Below are positions 60,748-64,000 of a stretch of DNA of 64,000 bases, in pieces; positions within the stretch are counted from its first letter, which is position 1, and each line of letters opens with the position of its first letter. The translations under genes were made by a program, and so were the position numbers. Under the pieces are notes generated by a model that had not been told where the DNA came from, did no database searches, and saw nothing but the letters and a program-made list of their open reading frames with translations. Origin of the DNA: Heptranchias perlo (taxonomy: Eukaryota); assembly GCF_035084215.1 (NCBI RefSeq), contig NC_090330.1:76880001-76944000 (forward strand). The letters are read 5' to 3'.

Positions 60748-63700
60748 GCCCATCGTGTCCGCGCCGGCCATCAAGCCCTGTCTAATCTAATCCCATATTC
60801 CAGCATTTGGTCCGTAGCCTTGTATGCTATGGCATTTCAAGTGCTCATCCAAATGCTTCTTGAATGTTGTGAGGGTTCCTGCCTCCACAACCCTTTCAGG
60901 CAGTGAGTTCCAGACTCCAACCACCCTCTGGGTGAAAAAGTTCTTTCTCAAATCCCCTCTAAACCTCCCGCCTTTTACCTTGAATCTATGGCCCCTTGTT
61001 ATAGAACCCTCAACGAAGGGAAAAAGCTCCTTAGTATCCATCCTATCTGTGCCCCTCATAATTTTGTACACCTCAATCATGTCCCCCCTCAGTCTCCTCT
61101 GCTCCAAGGAAAACAAACCCAATCTTCCCAGTCTCTCTTCATAGCTGAAGCGCTCCAGCCCTGGTAACATCCTGGTGAATCTCCTCTGCACCCTCTCCAA
61201 AGCGATCACATCCTTCCTGTAGCGTGGCGACCAGAACTGCTCACAGTACTCCAGCCGTGGCCTAACCAGTGCTCTATACAGCTCCATCATAACCTCCCTG
61301 CTCTTATATTCTATGCCTCGGCCAATAAAGGCAAGCATCCCATATGCCTTCTTTACCACCCTATCTACCTGTTCCGCCGCCCTCAGGGATCTGTGAACTT
61401 GCACACCAAGATCCCTCTGACCCTCTGTCTTGCCTAGGGTCCTCCCATTCATTGTGTATTCCCTTGCCTTGTTAGTCCCTCCAAAGTGTATCACCTCGCA
61501 CTTTTCCGGGTTAAATTCCATTTGCCACTGTTCCGCCCATCTGACCAACCCATCTATATCGTCCTGCAGACTGAGGCTATCCTCCTCGCTATTTACCACC
61601 CTACCAATTTTTGTATCATCAGCGAACTTACTGATCATACCTTTTACATTCATATCCAAGTCGTTAATGTAGACCACAAACAGCAAGGGACCCAGCACCG
61701 ATCCCTGTGGTACCCCACTGGCCACAGGCTTCCAGTCATAAAAACAACCTTCGACCATCACCCTCTGCCTTCTGCCACTAAGCCAGTTTTGTATCCAAAG
61801 TGCCAAGGCACCCTGGATTCCATGGGCTCGTACCTTCTTGACCAGTCTCCTGTGCGGGACTTTGTCGAAGGCCTTACTGAAATCCATGCATACCACATCC
61901 ACTGCGTTACCCTCATCCACACCCCCTCAAAAAATTCAATCAAATTAGTCAGACATGATCTTCCCTTGACAAAGCCATGTTGACTATCCCTGATTAATCC
62001 TTGCTTCTCCAAGTGGAGACTAATTTTGTCCTTCAGAATTTTTTCCAATAATTTTCCTACCACTGATGTTAGGCTCACTGGCCTGTAGTTCCCCGGTTTT
62101 TCCCTACTCCCCTTCTTGAATAATGGTACTACATTAGCGGTTCTCCAGTCCTCTGGCACATCCCCTGTGGCCAGAGAGGTTCTGAATATATGTGTTAGAG
62201 CCCCCGCAATCTCCTCCTTTGCCTCACACAGTAGCCTGGGATACATTTCGTCCGGGCCTGGGGATTTATCCATTTTTAGGCCTGCTAAAACCGCCAATAC
62301 CTCCTCCCGCTCGATGTTAATATGTTAGTATATCACAGTTCCCCTGCCGTATTTCTATGTCCACATCGTCCTTCTCCATCGTGAAAACAGATGCAAAAAA
62401 TTCATTTAGAACCCCTCCTACATCTGCCGGCTCCACACACAGATTGCCATTTTTGTCCCTAATGGGCCCTATTTTTTCCCTAGTCATCCTCTTACCCTTA
62501 ATATACTTATAAAACATCTTAGGATTTTCCTTTATTTTGCTCGCCAGTGTTATTTCATGGCCCCTCCTTGATCTCCTAATTTTTTTAAGTATCCCCCTGC
62601 ACTTTTTGTACTCCTCTAGGGCTTCCTCCGTCTTTAGCCTTTTGTATCTGCCAAAAGCCCTCCTTTTTTTCCTAATCCATTCTCGTATATCCCCTGACAT
62701 CCAAGGTTCCCTGGAGTTCTTGGAACCACCCTCGACCTTTACGGGAACATGTTGCCATTGTATGGTCTCAATCTCCCTTCTGAACGACTCCCATTGTTCC
62801 GATGCGGATTTTCCTACAAGCAGCTGATCCCAGTCCATTTTGGCCAGATCCTGCCTTATCCTATTCAAATCGGCCTTCCCCCAATTTAGAACCTTTATTT
62901 CCGGCCCCTCCCTGTCCTTTTCCATGACCACCTTAAATCTCACCGAATTATGGTCACTGTCACCAAAGTGCTCACCTACTAGCACTTCTTCCACTTGGCC
63001 GGCCACATTCCCTAGAATTAGGTCCAGTACCGCCCCCTCTCTTGTAGGACTTTCTACATGCTGGCTCAAAAAGCTCTCCTGGATGCACGTTAAGAATTTT
63101 GTACCCTCTAAGCCTTTTACACTCTGGGTATCCCAGTTAATATTGGGGAAGTTAAAATCCCCCACTATTATTACCCTATTATTTGCACAATTTTCTGAGA
63201 TTTGCCTACATATCTGTTCCTCTATCTCCCCCTGACTGTTTGGGGGCCTATTGTACACTCCCATCAAAGTGCTTGCCCCCTTTTTGTTTTTAAGCTCCAC
63301 CCATATGGCCTCATTAGAGGAACCTGCTAATATATCATCCCTCCTTATGGCAGTAATTGATTCTTTAATTAATATTGCGACCCCCCCTCCTCTTATACCT
63401 CCCCCTCTGTCTCGCCTGAAGATTCTGTACCCCGGAATATTGAGCTGCCAGTCTTGCCCCTCCCTCAACCATGTCTCTGTGACAGCAACAATATCATACT
63501 CCCATGTGTTTATCAACACCTTCAGTTCATCCACCTTATTCGCAAGACTCCTTGCATTAAAATAGATGCCATCCAGCCTTGCCCGTACATATTTGCCCTG
63601 TCTTCCAAGCTGACTTTTTTTCTTTATATTTGGCTGCACATCACCCCCTATTGTAGCTCCACTCTGTATCCCATCCCCCTGCCAAGTTAGTTTAAACCCC

Positions 63701-64000
63701 CCCCAACAGTGCTAGCAAACCTCCCCGCAAGGATATTTGTCCCGCTCTGGTTCAGGTGCAACCCGTCCGACTTGTACAAGTCCCACCTTCCCCAGAAGCA
63801 GGCCCAGTGATCCAGGAAACTGAAACCCTCCCTCCTGCACCAACTCTTTAGCCACGCATTCATCTGCTCTATTCTCCTATTTCTATACTCACTAGCCCGT
63901 GGCACTGGGAGTAATCCAGAGATTACAACCTTTGAGGTCCTGCTCTTTAATCTGCTACCTAGCTCCCTAAATTCTTGATGCAGGACCTCATCTCCCTTCC
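60748..64000 (-). mobile_element. Long CR1 LINE with ORF1 C-terminus (SGNH esterase-like) and ORF2 (APE-RT, few frameshifts); continues beyond the window
   Basis: ORF 63687-63905 (WCRREGF..DGLHLN); ORF2 pieces 62317-63639 (APE), 61758-62297 and 60787-61920 (RT). Confidence 0.95.
63687..63699 (-). promoter_or_regulatory. Candidate -1 frameshift site: overlapping G_GGU_UUA and U_UUA_AAC before the ORF1 stop
   Basis: ORF1 codons GGG GGT TTA AAC TAA; the -1 frame (TTT starting at 63696) is open into the APE ORF annotated from 63639. Confidence 0.6.

Noticed and set aside
1-64000. CRISPR arrays, rRNA, genuine tRNA genes or prokaryotic systems
   Set aside because: None seen; tRNA-like boxes occur only as degenerate SINE heads, and the RT ORFs are eukaryotic non-LTR type

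Overview
Vertebrate genomic DNA, most likely from a cartilaginous fish (shark), judged from the repeat families; the species is not determinable here. The window covers part of a + strand nectin-3 locus. Two coding exons are present: the Ig-V exon (40942-41283) and the first Ig-C exon (57461-57760). No exon 1 was found. The rest is intron packed with transposable elements. These are many CR1 (HER1-type) LINEs, two reaching ORF1, and a second CR1/L2-group LINE family ('family B'). There are also L2 remnants, two Penelope-like (PLE) families with hammerhead-ribozyme motifs, a deleted PIF/Harbinger transposon, MITEs and several ancient SINEs. Most notable: (1) both CR1 copies that keep the ORF1/ORF2 junction have an in-phase U_UUA_AAC slippery heptamer directly before the ORF1 stop, with ORF2 in the -1 frame and no AUG upstream of the endonuclease domain. 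This is a candidate programmed -1 ribosomal frameshift in a LINE. (2) A TSD-bounded, non-coding PLE derivative is a perfect 91-bp-arm hairpin with a minimal hammerhead on each strand. All coordinates were read by eye, and repeat boundaries may be off by a few bases.
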